From Lachnospiraceae bacterium (GTDB lineage: Bacteria; Bacillota; Clostridia; Oscillospirales; CAG-272), in contig JAKSPT010000012.1 of the NCBI GenBank assembly GCA_024404495.1, forward strand, positions 2,499 to 66,498: a DNA stretch of 64,000 bases, in the 5' to 3' direction. Of this stretch, positions 24,734 through 32,983 are shown in pieces. The position numbers were made by a program, and so were the translations under genes. How positions within the stretch are numbered: position 1 is the first letter of the stretch; the number at the start of each line of letters is the position of its first letter. The notes below the pieces were generated by a model that did no database searches, was not told the origin of the DNA, and was given only the letters and a program-made list of their open reading frames with translations.

Positions 24734-24762
24734 TTGACGAATCGCGCAGGGTACGCTATAAT
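24734..24762 (+). promoter_or_regulatory. Sigma-A-type promoter of serC-serA
   Basis: TTGACG (24734..24739), 17 nt, TATAAT (24757..24762). Confidence 0.6.
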
Positions 24763-24823
24763 AAGGGGTGAATCAATTTTTTTATAAGGAGGCTTTCGCA
24801 AAGCGAAAGCTAAGGTGATCATC

Positions 24824-25915
24824 ATGAAACGCGTCTACAACTTTTCCGCAGGTCCTTCCATGCTTCCCGTCCCCGTTCTCGAACGCGCCGCGTCCGAAAT
24901 GCTCTGTTACGGGGAATCCGGAATGTCGGTCATGGAGATGAGTCACCGATCTCCCGACTACGAAGCCATCATCGCCGACGCGCAGCGCCTGCTCCGTCAG
25001 CTTATGAATATCCCGGACAACTACAAGGTCCTCTTCCTGCAGGGCGGCGCCTCCACTCAGTTCTCCGCCGTTCCGCTCAACCTGATGAATAAGAACCGCA
25101 AGGCGGATTACGTCGTGACCGGTCAGTTCTCCAAGAAGGCGTATCAGGAAGCAAAGAAATACGGTGACGTCCGTCTCGTCGCCTCCTCCGAGGATAAGAA
25201 CAACACCTATATCCCGAAGCTGACGAAGGAAGACTTCCGTCCCGACGCAGACTACGTCCACATCTGCTTCAACAACACCATTTACGGCACCAAGTGGAAC
25301 TATATCCCCGACACCGGTGACGTGCCGCTCGTCGCCGACCTCTCCTCCTGCATCCTCTCCGAGCCGGTCGACGTCACGAAGTTCGGTATGATCTACGCCG
25401 GCGCGCAGAAGAACATGGCACCCGCGGGTCTGACCGTCGTCATCGTCCGCGAGGATCTGATCGGCAACTACCGTGAGAATTCCCCCGTCATGCTCGACTA
25501 CAAGCTGATGGCGGACAACGACTCGATGTACAACACGCCCCCCTGCTACTGCATCTATATCGCCAAGCTGGTCTACGAGTGGCTTGAATCCCTCGGCGGT
25601 CTGACCGAAATGGCGAAGATCAACTATAAGAAGGCAGGCATCCTCTACGATTACCTCGACGGGCAGGATTACTTCATGGCACCCGCCGAGAAGGAAGCGC
25701 GTTCGATCATGAACGTCACCTTCGTCACCGGCGATCCCGACCTCGACAAGAAGTTCGCGAAGGAAGCCGGCGAGGCAGGCTTCAAGAACATCAAGGGTCA
25801 CCGTTCCGTCGGCGGTATGCGCGCCTCCATCTACAACGCGATGCCCGTGCAGGGCGTCATCGACCTCGTCGCGTTCATGAAGGACTTCGCCGCGAAGAAC
25901 CCGAAAAACGTCTGA
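24824..25915 (+). CDS. serC: Phosphoserine aminotransferase
   Basis: MKRVYNFSAGPSMLP start; class-V aminotransferase body with the AGAQKN lysine motif. The track start 24815 is a GTG three codons upstream. Confidence 0.85.
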   Translation: MKRVYNFSAGPSMLPVPVLERAASEMLCYGESGMSVMEMSHRSPDYEAIIADAQRLLRQLMNIPDNYKVLFLQGGASTQFSAVPLNLMNKNRKADYVVTGQFSKKAYQEAKKYGDVRLVASSEDKNNTYIPKLTKEDFRPDADYVHICFNNTIYGTKWNYIPDTGDVPLVADLSSCILSEPVDVTKFGMIYAGAQKNMAPAGLTVVIVREDLIGNYRENSPVMLDYKLMADNDSMYNTPPCYCIYIAKLVYEWLESLGGLTEMAKINYKKAGILYDYLDGQDYFMAPAEKEARSIMNVTFVTGDPDLDKKFAKEAGEAGFKNIKGHRSVGGMRASIYNAMPVQGVIDLVAFMKDFAAKNPKNV

Positions 25916-25934
25916 AAGCCGAAAGGAAAGCATA

Positions 25935-27098
25935 ATGTATAACATTCAGTTACTCAACAAGATCGCAAAGGTCGGCACCGCCGTCTTTGATACCGAAAAG
26001 TTCGCCTTCGGCGACAGCATTGAAAATCCCGACGCCATCATGGTCCGTTCCGCAGTAATGCACGATATGGAATTCGGCAAAAAGCTGAAGGCCATCGCGC
26101 GCGCCGGCGCGGGCGTCAACAATATCCCGCTCGACCGCTGCGCCGAGGAAGGCATCGTCGTCTTCAACACGCCCGGCGCAAACGCGAACGGCGTCAAGGA
26201 GCTTGCGGCGGCTGCCCTGCTCCTCGCTTCCCGCAACATCGCGGGCGGCATTCAGTGGGTGCAGACCCTCAAGGGGACCGAGGATATCGCAAAGCAGATC
26301 GAAAAAGGCAAGAGCCGCTTCGCGGGCTGTGAGATCAAGGGCAAGACCCTCGGCGTCATCGGCCTCGGCGCGATCGGCGGTCTGGTCGCCAATATGGGTA
26401 TCGCGCTCGGCATGAACGTCATCGGCTGCGACCCCTACCTCACCGTGGAAAACGCGTGGTCCCTCTCCCGTTCGGTCGTGAAGGCGACCTCGTTTGACGA
26501 GATCTACGCAAAAGCCGATTATATCACCCTCCACGTCCCCGCGACGAAGGAAACCACCGGAATGCTTTCCGCCTCCACCTTCGCAAAGATGAAGGACGGC
26601 GTCCGCATCATCAACCTCGCCCGCGCCGAGCTGGTCGATTCGACCGACCTGATCGCAGGCGTGCAGAACGGTAAGATCGCCGCCTACGTCACCGACTTTG
26701 CGACCGACGATATCGTCGGCGTTGACGAGCGCATCACCGTCATCCCCCACCTCGGCGCTTCCACCGAGGAGAGCGAGGACAACTGCGCCGTGATGGCTGC
26801 CGAAGAGCTGGTCGAATTCCTTGAAAACGGCAACGTCCGCAATTCTGTCAACTACCCGAGCTGCTCGATGCCCCGCGCCGGAGACACCCGTCTCTGCGTC
26901 CTGCACCGCAATCAGCCCGGCGTCATCAACCGCATCTCCTCCGTCATCGCGGACGAAAAGCTCAACATTGAGAATATGCTGAACCGTTCCCGCGGCAGCT
27001 ACTCCTACGTCATCATCGACCTGAACGGCGACGTGCCCGAAAAGGTCGTCACCGAGATCGGCGCGATCGAAAACGTCATCCGCGTCAACCGGTATTGA
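25935..27098 (+). CDS. serA: D-3-phosphoglycerate dehydrogenase with C-terminal ACT domain
   Basis: 387 aa. NAD-binding GVIGLGAIGG, 2-hydroxyacid dehydrogenase motifs, ACT-like tail. Confidence 0.85.
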   Translation: MYNIQLLNKIAKVGTAVFDTEKFAFGDSIENPDAIMVRSAVMHDMEFGKKLKAIARAGAGVNNIPLDRCAEEGIVVFNTPGANANGVKELAAAALLLASRNIAGGIQWVQTLKGTEDIAKQIEKGKSRFAGCEIKGKTLGVIGLGAIGGLVANMGIALGMNVIGCDPYLTVENAWSLSRSVVKATSFDEIYAKADYITLHVPATKETTGMLSASTFAKMKDGVRIINLARAELVDSTDLIAGVQNGKIAAYVTDFATDDIVGVDERITVIPHLGASTEESEDNCAVMAAEELVEFLENGNVRNSVNYPSCSMPRAGDTRLCVLHRNQPGVINRISSVIADEKLNIENMLNRSRGSYSYVIIDLNGDVPEKVVTEIGAIENVIRVNRY

Positions 27099-27107
27099 TC
27101 CTGCCCG

Positions 27108-27635
27108 ATGGAACAGCTCGTCATGCGCTGGACGAACGACGGCAAGGAAGCGGAATATCCTTCCCTTCCCGACAGCGTGACCGTCGGAACCGTCCGTGAC
27201 CGCGAAAACGGCATCGACGAATGGCTCGATATCGTGCAGTACGACCTCGCGTGGGAACCGATCTCACACGAATTCTACCGGAAATGTATGGTCGGACATC
27301 CCGGCTATGAGGATGACCGCTGCTTCCTCTTCTGCCTCGACGGCAAAGCGGTCGCCACGGTCTGCGTGATCTGCGACCGGGAAAAAGCCGAGGGCTACAT
27401 CCACATGGTCGGCTCGAAGCCGGAGGTCAGAGGGCGCGGCATCGGAAATCTGATGAATGCCTACGCCGCCGCAGTCCTGAAAAAAGAGGGCATGAAGACG
27501 GCATATCTCACCACCGATGATTGGCGTATCCCCGCGATCAAAAGCTATCTGCGGGCAAATTTCGTCCCCGATGAGACCACAGACGACTTCAGAGCGCGCT
27601 GGGCGAAGATCAGAGAAACAATCCGACAGCAATAA
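27108..27635 (+). CDS. GNAT family N-acetyltransferase
   Basis: 175 aa. Acetyl-CoA motif VRGRGIGNLM. Confidence 0.7.
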   Translation: MEQLVMRWTNDGKEAEYPSLPDSVTVGTVRDRENGIDEWLDIVQYDLAWEPISHEFYRKCMVGHPGYEDDRCFLFCLDGKAVATVCVICDREKAEGYIHMVGSKPEVRGRGIGNLMNAYAAAVLKKEGMKTAYLTTDDWRIPAIKSYLRANFVPDETTDDFRARWAKIRETIRQQ

Positions 27636-27641
27636 AAAACG

Positions 27642-27669
27642 ATCCCGCCGGAAAAACTTCCGGCGGGAT
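27642..27669. terminator. Bidirectional rho-independent terminator
   Basis: atcccgccggaa-aaac-ttccggcgggat between the convergent GNAT and rpe genes. Confidence 0.65.
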
Positions 27670-27685
27670 ATTATTGTATATCAGA

Positions 27686-28351
27686 TCAGAGCGGACTGAC
27701 GTTTTCTGCGTTTTTCAGCGCGTCAACGGCTGCCTTGACGTCGGCGGCGTGGAAGACTGCCGAACCGGCGACGAGCACGTCCGCGCCCGCGGCAACGACG
27801 AGAGAAGCGTTCTTCGGGGAGATGCCGCCGTCCACCTCGATCTCGATCACGTGATCCGCCTGCATCGCGAGGGTGCGAGCGGCGGCGAGCTTGGGCAGGG
27901 ATTCGGGCATAAAGGACTGCCCGCCGAAGCCGGGCTCGACCGACATGATGAGAATGAGGTCGATCACGTCAAGATAGGGGGCAAGAACCGAGACCGGGGT
28001 CTTCGGCTTGACCGAAATGCCCGCCTTCATCCCGGCGGCACGGATCGCTTCGAGCGCCGCGCGGACGTCGGGGCACGCCTCGTAATGGACGGTAAGGATA
28101 TCGGCGCCCGCCTTTTTGAAGACCTCAACGTAGCGGATCGGGTCCTCGATCATCAGATGGGTATCGAAAATGAGCTTCGAGCAGGGGCGGAGCGAGGTGA
28201 TGACCGGAACGCCGAAGGAGATATTCGGGACGAACATCCCGTCCATCACGTCAAGATGAAGGTATTCGACGCCCGCGTCCTCGACACGCTTCACGTCGTC
28301 CGCCATGTGCGCAAAGTCGCAGGCGAGTACGGAGGGAGAAATTTTGATCAT
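27686..28351 (-). CDS. rpe: Ribulose-phosphate 3-epimerase
   Basis: 221 aa. MIKISPSVLACDF, HLDVMDG, MSVEPGFGGQ. Confidence 0.9.
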   Translation of the reverse strand: MIKISPSVLACDFAHMADDVKRVEDAGVEYLHLDVMDGMFVPNISFGVPVITSLRPCSKLIFDTHLMIEDPIRYVEVFKKAGADILTVHYEACPDVRAALEAIRAAGMKAGISVKPKTPVSVLAPYLDVIDLILIMSVEPGFGGQSFMPESLPKLAAARTLAMQADHVIEIEVDGGISPKNASLVVAAGADVLVAGSAVFHAADVKAAVDALKNAENVSPL

Positions 28352-28540
28352 GGTGTTATCCTTTCAAAGGTAACCGGAAAACTCCGGAAATATGTTCTTT
28401 TGCTGAAATAAAATGCCCCGGAGGGAAAATAATCCAGCTTTTCGGGGAAATCCGCGCGATCCCGCCCGGGGTCCTTCCCTTTTTGGAGGAACGAAACGGC
28501 GGTTTCGCCATATCATAATAGTACCCGCGGGAAATTTCCG

Positions 28541-28604
28541 CCGGATAAAATATCCGCCGGATAAAATATCCACCGGATAAAATATCCACCGGATAAAATA
28601 TCCG
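28541..28604. repeat. Four tandem 16-bp units, each an overlapping palindrome (GGATA-aaa-TATCC half-sites)
   Basis: ccggataaaatatccg / ccggataaaatatcca / ccggataaaatatcca / ccggataaaatatccg, contiguous, in the ispF-rpe intergenic region about 190 nt upstream of the rpe ATG. Confidence 0.9.
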
Positions 28605-28711
28605 CTGCTGTCCGTCCGAAGGGACGTAACGCCCGTCTTGGGGCAAAAAATGAAGGAACCGGAAAGAAAGCGCGGACGGGCGCGGCGTTGACGATCGGGG
28701 AACGGGATCCC

Positions 28712-29206
28712 TCAACACGGCTTATCCGCCAAGCAGATCAGGGCGACGGCGTGTGCCGCGATCCCTTCCCCGCTGCCGGTGAAGCCGAGCCCTTCCTCGG
28801 TGGTCGCCTTGACGCTGACGGCGTCGACCGGGATGCCGTAGGCGCGGGCGATATTCTCCCGCATCGCGGGGATATGGGGCGCGAGCTTCGGACGCTGGCA
28901 GAGGACGGTCGCGTCGAGATTGGCGACGGTATAGCCCGCCTCCCGGAGCAGCTCCGCCGTTTTCCGGGCAAGCGCGATGCTGTCCGCGCCGCGGTATTTT
29001 TCGTCGTGATCCGGAAAATGCTTTCCGATATCCCCGAGCGCCGCCGCGCCGAGCACCGCGTCCATCACCGCGTGGGTCAGAACGTCGGCGTCGGAATGCC
29101 CGAGCAGTCCTTTTTCAAAGGGGATCTCCACCCCGCCGAGGATCAGTTTTCTGCCCTCGGTCAGACGGTGAACGTCGTAGCCGTGTCCGATACGGAAGGG
29201 TGTCAT
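28712..29206 (-). CDS. ispF: 2-C-methyl-D-erythritol 2,4-cyclodiphosphate synthase
   Basis: 164 aa. [19 protein letters not shown], motifs of the IspF family. Confidence 0.9.
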   Translation of the reverse strand: MTPFRIGHGYDVHRLTEGRKLILGGVEIPFEKGLLGHSDADVLTHAVMDAVLGAAALGDIGKHFPDHDEKYRGADSIALARKTAELLREAGYTVANLDATVLCQRPKLAPHIPAMRENIARAYGIPVDAVSVKATTEEGLGFTGSGEGIAAHAVALICLADKPC

Positions 29207-30045
29207 TTCACGGTCACCTCGTTCCGTTCCCTGAGGATCAGCTCGGCGATCTTCAGATCGAAGGGGGTCGTGATCTTGCGGTTTTCGGGTCCGACTTCTA
29301 CCGTCCAGACCTCGAAGCCGACGTCCTCACAGAGCTTCGCGTCGTCGGTGATCCCGCCGTTGAAAAGCCCTTTTTCCATCGTCGTATAGAGCGCCGCGCG
29401 ATAGATCTCGGTCTTGAAGGTCTGCGGCGTCTGCGCGAGCATAATCTTGTCGCGGTCGAGCGTCGTTTTGATCAGCGCCGCCTTTTTGTCGTCGGTCTGC
29501 TTGACGGTCGCCGTCGCCGCTTCCGCCGCGATCGCCGCACCGTACCTGACCGCCGAACGCGCGACGCGGAGAATGATATCGGGGGTCACGAGGCAGCGCG
29601 CGCCGTCGTGGATCATCACGTAATCCGATCTGTCGTCGATCGCGAGGAATCCGTTCTTCACCGATTCCGGACGGCTGTCCCCGCCCTTCACGATCTTAAC
29701 GACCTTTTTCCAGCCGTAATCGGCTTTTAACTGCTCGTAAGCGGGGATATCCTCCTCCCGCGCGACGAGAATGATCTCGTTCACAATCGGACTCTCCTCA
29801 AAGGCGGAGACGGTATGCACGATGACCGGCTTGCCGAGCAGGGGAAGAAGCTGCTTCGGTACGCCGCCGGTGTCGCCCATCCGGGTTCCGCTGCCGCCGG
29901 AAACGACAATCGCGGAATTGAAATAGTTTTCCGGCTTGCCCTCTGCCGGGGTCAGCTTACGGAGCATCCCCGCGAGCGCGTCGGTGATCTTTGCCATCCT
30001 TTTCTGTATCCCTTCGCTTCCGTTCCCGAAAGCATCCTTTCCCAT
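29203..30045 (-). CDS. ispD: 2-C-methyl-D-erythritol 4-phosphate cytidylyltransferase
   Basis: [14 protein letters not shown]-loop-like motif; 4-nt overlap with ispF. The start is uncertain: 30045 (possibly leaderless, 8 nt after an extended -10) or internal Met 29997. Confidence 0.8.
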   Translation of the reverse strand: MGKDAFGNGSEGIQKRMAKITDALAGMLRKLTPAEGKPENYFNSAIVVSGGSGTRMGDTGGVPKQLLPLLGKPVIVHTVSAFEESPIVNEIILVAREEDIPAYEQLKADYGWKKVVKIVKGGDSRPESVKNGFLAIDDRSDYVMIHDGARCLVTPDIILRVARSAVRYGAAIAAEAATATVKQTDDKKAALIKTTLDRDKIMLAQTPQTFKTEIYRAALYTTMEKGLFNGGITDDAKLCEDVGFEVWTVEVGPENRKITTPFDLKIAELILRERNEVTVK

Positions 30046-30131
30046 TTTGATCCATTATATCATATTTTTCTCCGAAAGTATATACTTTTTTCAAATTGTC
30101 CGTGAAATTTTCGGTTCGCGGGCTTTTTTTC

Positions 30132-30160
30132 TTGCTTTTCCGCACGGAACCTGCTATAAT
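30132..30160 (+). promoter_or_regulatory. Putative sigma-A promoter of the HAD/Cys4/proX operon
   Basis: TTGCTT (30132..30137), 17 nt, TATAAT (30155..30160). Confidence 0.5.
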
Positions 30161-30184
30161 GGAAGAAATCCAACCGGAGGCACT

Positions 30185-30835
30185 ATGAAATACGACCATA
30201 TTCTGTGGGATTTCAACGGGACCATCCTCGACGACGTGGAGACCGGGATCCGTGCGGTCAACACCCTGCTTGCCGCGCGCTCGCTGCCGGTCATCCGCTC
30301 GAAGGAGCAGTACCGTTCCCTTTTCCGCTTTCCGATCATCGACTATTACCGCTCGCTCGGTTTTGACTTTGAAAAGGAAAGCTATACTTTCCTTGCCGAC
30401 CTGTGGGTCGCGGAATACAACCGGAATCTGCCCTTCGCCTCGGTCAATCCCGGCGTGCGTGAGCTGATCTCCGCCTTCCGGGACCTTGGGCTTCCGCAAA
30501 GCGTCCTCAGCGCGAGCGAAAGCGGGATGCTTCTTGAACAGCTTGCCTCCCTCGGTCTGAAGGACTGCTTTGCCGAGATCGTCGGCTCGGACAACGTTTT
30601 AGCCTACGGAAAAACGGGACTTGCCCGTACGTATCGGGAACGGCATCCCGGGGAGCGATTCCTGCTCATCGGGGACACCGATCACGACGCCGAAACGGCA
30701 AGCGAAGCGGGCTTTGACTGCGTTCTCGTCGCCGCCGGACATCAGTCCGAAGAATACCTTCGCACCCTTCCCTATCCGGTCTTCCCGGATTTTCATGCCT
30801 TAAAAGAACATTTATCGGAGATACTGTATGGATAA
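30185..30835 (+). CDS. HAD-superfamily hydrolase (phosphoglycolate phosphatase-like)
   Basis: Start MKYDHILWDFNGTILDD (DxD-variant motif I), GGAGG RBS, motif IV GDTDHD. The track ORF 29936..30835 has a spurious extension. Confidence 0.75.
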   Translation: MKYDHILWDFNGTILDDVETGIRAVNTLLAARSLPVIRSKEQYRSLFRFPIIDYYRSLGFDFEKESYTFLADLWVAEYNRNLPFASVNPGVRELISAFRDLGLPQSVLSASESGMLLEQLASLGLKDCFAEIVGSDNVLAYGKTGLARTYRERHPGERFLLIGDTDHDAETASEAGFDCVLVAAGHQSEEYLRTLPYPVFPDFHALKEHLSEILYG

Positions 30836-31049
30836 GCAGAAACAAACGCCCAAAAAGAAAAAACGCATCGGGCCTCCCGCCTCCTGCGACACCTGCCTTT
30901 ATTACGACTACGACGAGCTGACCGACTCCTACGAGTGTCAGCAGAGCCTTGACGAGGACGAAATGGTCGATTTCCTGAACCGTCAGAGCAAGGAATGCCC
31001 CTACTACCGGTATTACGACGAATATACCAGCGTCAGAAAGCAGAACTGA
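30828..31049 (+). CDS. Small Cys-containing protein (73 aa), function unknown
   Basis: Basic N-terminus, CDTC ... C ... C pattern, Tyr/Asp-rich. Overlaps the HAD gene by 8 nt and ends 1 nt before the next ATG. Confidence 0.55.
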   Translation: MDKQKQTPKKKKRIGPPASCDTCLYYDYDELTDSYECQQSLDEDEMVDFLNRQSKECPYYRYYDEYTSVRKQN

Positions 31050-31050
31050 T

Positions 31051-31536
31051 ATGACGAGAACCGAACTGATCGCCGCCCTGAAGGAAGCCGGCATACCCTT
31101 TGAAGTGTACGAGCACCCCGCCGTCTTTACCGTGGAGGAGATCGAAAAGATCAATCTCCCCCGCCCCGAAACGGGTGCGAAAAACCTCTTTCTCCGGGAC
31201 GACAAAAAGAGAAATTATTACCTTCTGACCGCGCGCGATCCCGTCCGCGTCGATCTCAAGGGATTTCAGCAGTCGATCGGCGCCAGAAAGCTCTCCTTCG
31301 CCTCCGAGGACGACCTTTTCGCGTTCCTCGGGCTCACCCGCGGTTCGGTCACGACCTTCGGCGCGCTGAACGACACCGGACACCGCGTCTCGGTCTATCT
31401 CGACGATTGGTTCCGTGACCGTGAGATCGCACTGCACCCGATGGAAAACACCGCCTCGCTCTATCTGCAGGCAAACGACCTCGTCGCATTTCTTGAAACG
31501 AACGGGCATCCCGTCGAGTGGGTCAACCTTCCTTGA
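31051..31536 (+). CDS. YbaK/ProX-type aminoacyl-tRNA trans-editing domain protein
   Basis: 161 aa. ...GAKNLFLRDDKK...GSVTTFG... pattern of prolyl-tRNA-synthetase-associated domains. Confidence 0.65.
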   Translation: MTRTELIAALKEAGIPFEVYEHPAVFTVEEIEKINLPRPETGAKNLFLRDDKKRNYYLLTARDPVRVDLKGFQQSIGARKLSFASEDDLFAFLGLTRGSVTTFGALNDTGHRVSVYLDDWFRDREIALHPMENTASLYLQANDLVAFLETNGHPVEWVNLP

Positions 31537-31569
31537 AGTCAAATCCTGTTCCCGATCCGCAATAAATGA

Positions 31570-31602
31570 ACGGTAAAGCGATCCCCGCTTTGCCGTTTTT
31601 TT
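31570..31602 (+). terminator. Rho-independent terminator
   Basis: acggtaaagcg-atccc-cgctttgccgt followed by tttttt. Confidence 0.65.
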
Positions 31603-31649
31603 ACAGCCGAAAGTAAAAATGAACAATAAGTTAAAGTTTCTATTCACTA

Positions 31650-31678
31650 TTGACTTTAACTTTATTCAATGCTATAAT
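31650..31678 (+). promoter_or_regulatory. Sigma-A-type promoter of the AT-rich two-gene cassette
   Basis: TTGACT (31650..31655), 17 nt, TATAAT (31673..31678). Confidence 0.6.
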
Positions 31679-31702
31679 AATAATGTTAAAGGAGGATGTG
31701 CT

Positions 31703-32002
31703 ATGTCTTTGCAAGTGATTCCTGAATGGATCAGCAGCCTTGACGATGAAGACGTGACGTTTATAAAAAAATTCATATTGTCTTCCGGTTCCTTGAAAGA
31801 GATCGCAAAACAATATGACGTAACCTATCCGACGGTAAGGTTAAGGCTGGATAAACTGATTCAGAAAATCCAGATCAGCGAAAGCACCGAAAGCGAGCCG
31901 TATATTGCCTTGGTCAAAAAGCTCGCGATCAATGACAAGTTCGATTACGAAACCGCAAAAACACTGATAAGCGCTTATAAAAAAACAAAGGAGAATCCAT
32001 GA
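31703..32002 (+). CDS. DUF2089-like HTH protein lacking the N-terminal zinc ribbon
   Basis: MSLQVIPEWISSLDDEDVTFIKKFILSSGSLKEIAKQYDVTYPTVRLRLDKLI matches the DUF2089 C-terminal HTH pattern (SYPTVRnRLD). AAGGAGG RBS. AT-rich. Confidence 0.6.
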   Translation: MSLQVIPEWISSLDDEDVTFIKKFILSSGSLKEIAKQYDVTYPTVRLRLDKLIQKIQISESTESEPYIALVKKLAINDKFDYETAKTLISAYKKTKENP

Positions 32003-32003
32003 A

Positions 32004-32354
32004 ATGATCATACTGCTGTCGGAAACCATTGTCGATGTGAACGTGAAGGTAATCATCGCACTTGCCGTCATCGCCTGCATTGTGTGTTTTCAGGTCTTCC
32101 TCTCGAAACGACGCGCAAAATGGCCGGGACTGGTTCTGCCTGCCATATCATTTCCGTGTGCGACGCTATTCATACTCGCCAATTTTATGGTACCAGAGGA
32201 CGGTGTTTCATTCGGCCTTGTTCTTGAAATGATCGCGGCAGTTCTGTTGGCGAATATCCCAACTGCTATCCTGCTGATAATCTACGCGATATGCCGAAAA
32301 AAGATGCGCCGTTCCGATCAACTGAAAAAAATGGAGATACAGGACCTTCATTAA
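32004..32354 (+). CDS. Small integral membrane protein (116 aa), partner of the DUF2089-like gene
   Basis: Three hydrophobic segments, AAGGAG RBS, translationally adjacent (1-nt gap). Confidence 0.6.
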   Translation: MIILLSETIVDVNVKVIIALAVIACIVCFQVFLSKRRAKWPGLVLPAISFPCATLFILANFMVPEDGVSFGLVLEMIAAVLLANIPTAILLIIYAICRKKMRRSDQLKKMEIQDLH

Positions 32355-32378
32355 CCGGCGCCGACGTTTTCATTCAAG

Positions 32379-32419
32379 ACAAAAGGTGCGATCCTTTTCC
32401 GGACCGCACCTTGTTTTTT
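32379..32419. terminator. Bidirectional rho-independent terminator
   Basis: aaggtgcg ... cgcacctt hairpin with an A run upstream and a T run downstream. Confidence 0.6.
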
Positions 32420-32523
32420 CAGCGTTTCTTTTTAGTTTTTGCCTTTTCTGCTTTTTTCAGCCTGCATTTGGCTTTCAGCTTCAGAAAAGCTTCGTAAACC
32501 ATTTGATTTGCGATCTGTCCCAT
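32419..32523 (-). CDS. Candidate small ORF (34 aa, highly basic): MGQIANQMVYEAFLKLKAKCRLKKAEKAKTKKKR
   Basis: Not in the track because it is under 60 aa. AAAGGAG RBS 6 nt upstream of the ATG (32523). Starts 12 nt after the upstream gene's stop and ends at the bidirectional terminator. Confidence 0.3.
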   Translation of the reverse strand: MGQIANQMVYEAFLKLKAKCRLKKAEKAKTKKKR

Positions 32524-32535
32524 AATACGCTCCTT

Positions 32536-32856
32536 TTACGCCGCTTTGTCCCACCAAATGGGTTCGGGATCGGCGTTTTTCAGCGATTCGGTGCGGCGGG
32601 TGCTTTTTTTCGAGCCGACGTTGAGCGATTCCACCGTCGCGAGGATGACCCCGATCGCGATCGCCATCACGACTGCGATCAGCGAGATCAGGACCCCGGC
32701 AAGAATGCGGCGGCGGTCGGGAAGATTCGTCCCCTCGCGCTTTTTCTCGATCACGTCGTAATCGAGCTTATGACGGAAGCCGCCGTAGGAGCAGGAGGTC
32801 GGACGGGTCTCTTCGGTATTCTTTTCGTTCGGAATCGGTTCGGTCAAACTGGTCAC
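32536..32856 (-). CDS. Hypothetical single-pass membrane protein (106 aa)
   Basis: GTG start. Arg cluster followed by TM ILAGVLISLIAVVMAIAIGVILATV. Weak RBS. Confidence 0.4.
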   Translation of the reverse strand: MTSLTEPIPNEKNTEETRPTSCSYGGFRHKLDYDVIEKKREGTNLPDRRRILAGVLISLIAVVMAIAIGVILATVESLNVGSKKSTRRTESLKNADPEPIWWDKAA

Positions 32857-32983
32857 ACCGCGCTTTCTTTGATTGGTTGCTTTATTTTATCATGAGATTT
32901 TAACCAATCTGTGTGATCGATGTAGCGATTTTTTGATATTTTTGTAAATCGCGGTGAAAATATTTGTGAGCAGTTTGTGAAGG

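Noticed and set aside
24791-24810. Shared hairpin motif gctttcgc-aaa-gcgaaagc in the serC leader and gctttc-aaaaagc-gaaagc in the RHH/clpB leader (1772..1790)
   Set aside because: There are only two short, self-complementary occurrences. The similarity is what any GCTTTC/GAAAGC palindrome would give, which is insufficient to call a regulatory motif.
28541-28604. Possibility that the 16-bp repeat array is a mini-CRISPR
   Set aside because: The units are contiguous with no spacers, far shorter than CRISPR repeats, and no cas genes are present.
28356-28718. 120-aa and 69-aa minus-strand ORFs spanning the ispF-rpe spacer
   Set aside because: They read straight through the 16-bp tandem palindromes, producing repetitive YFIRRIFYPVDILSGG-type sequence. 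They have no RBS. The region is better explained as non-coding.
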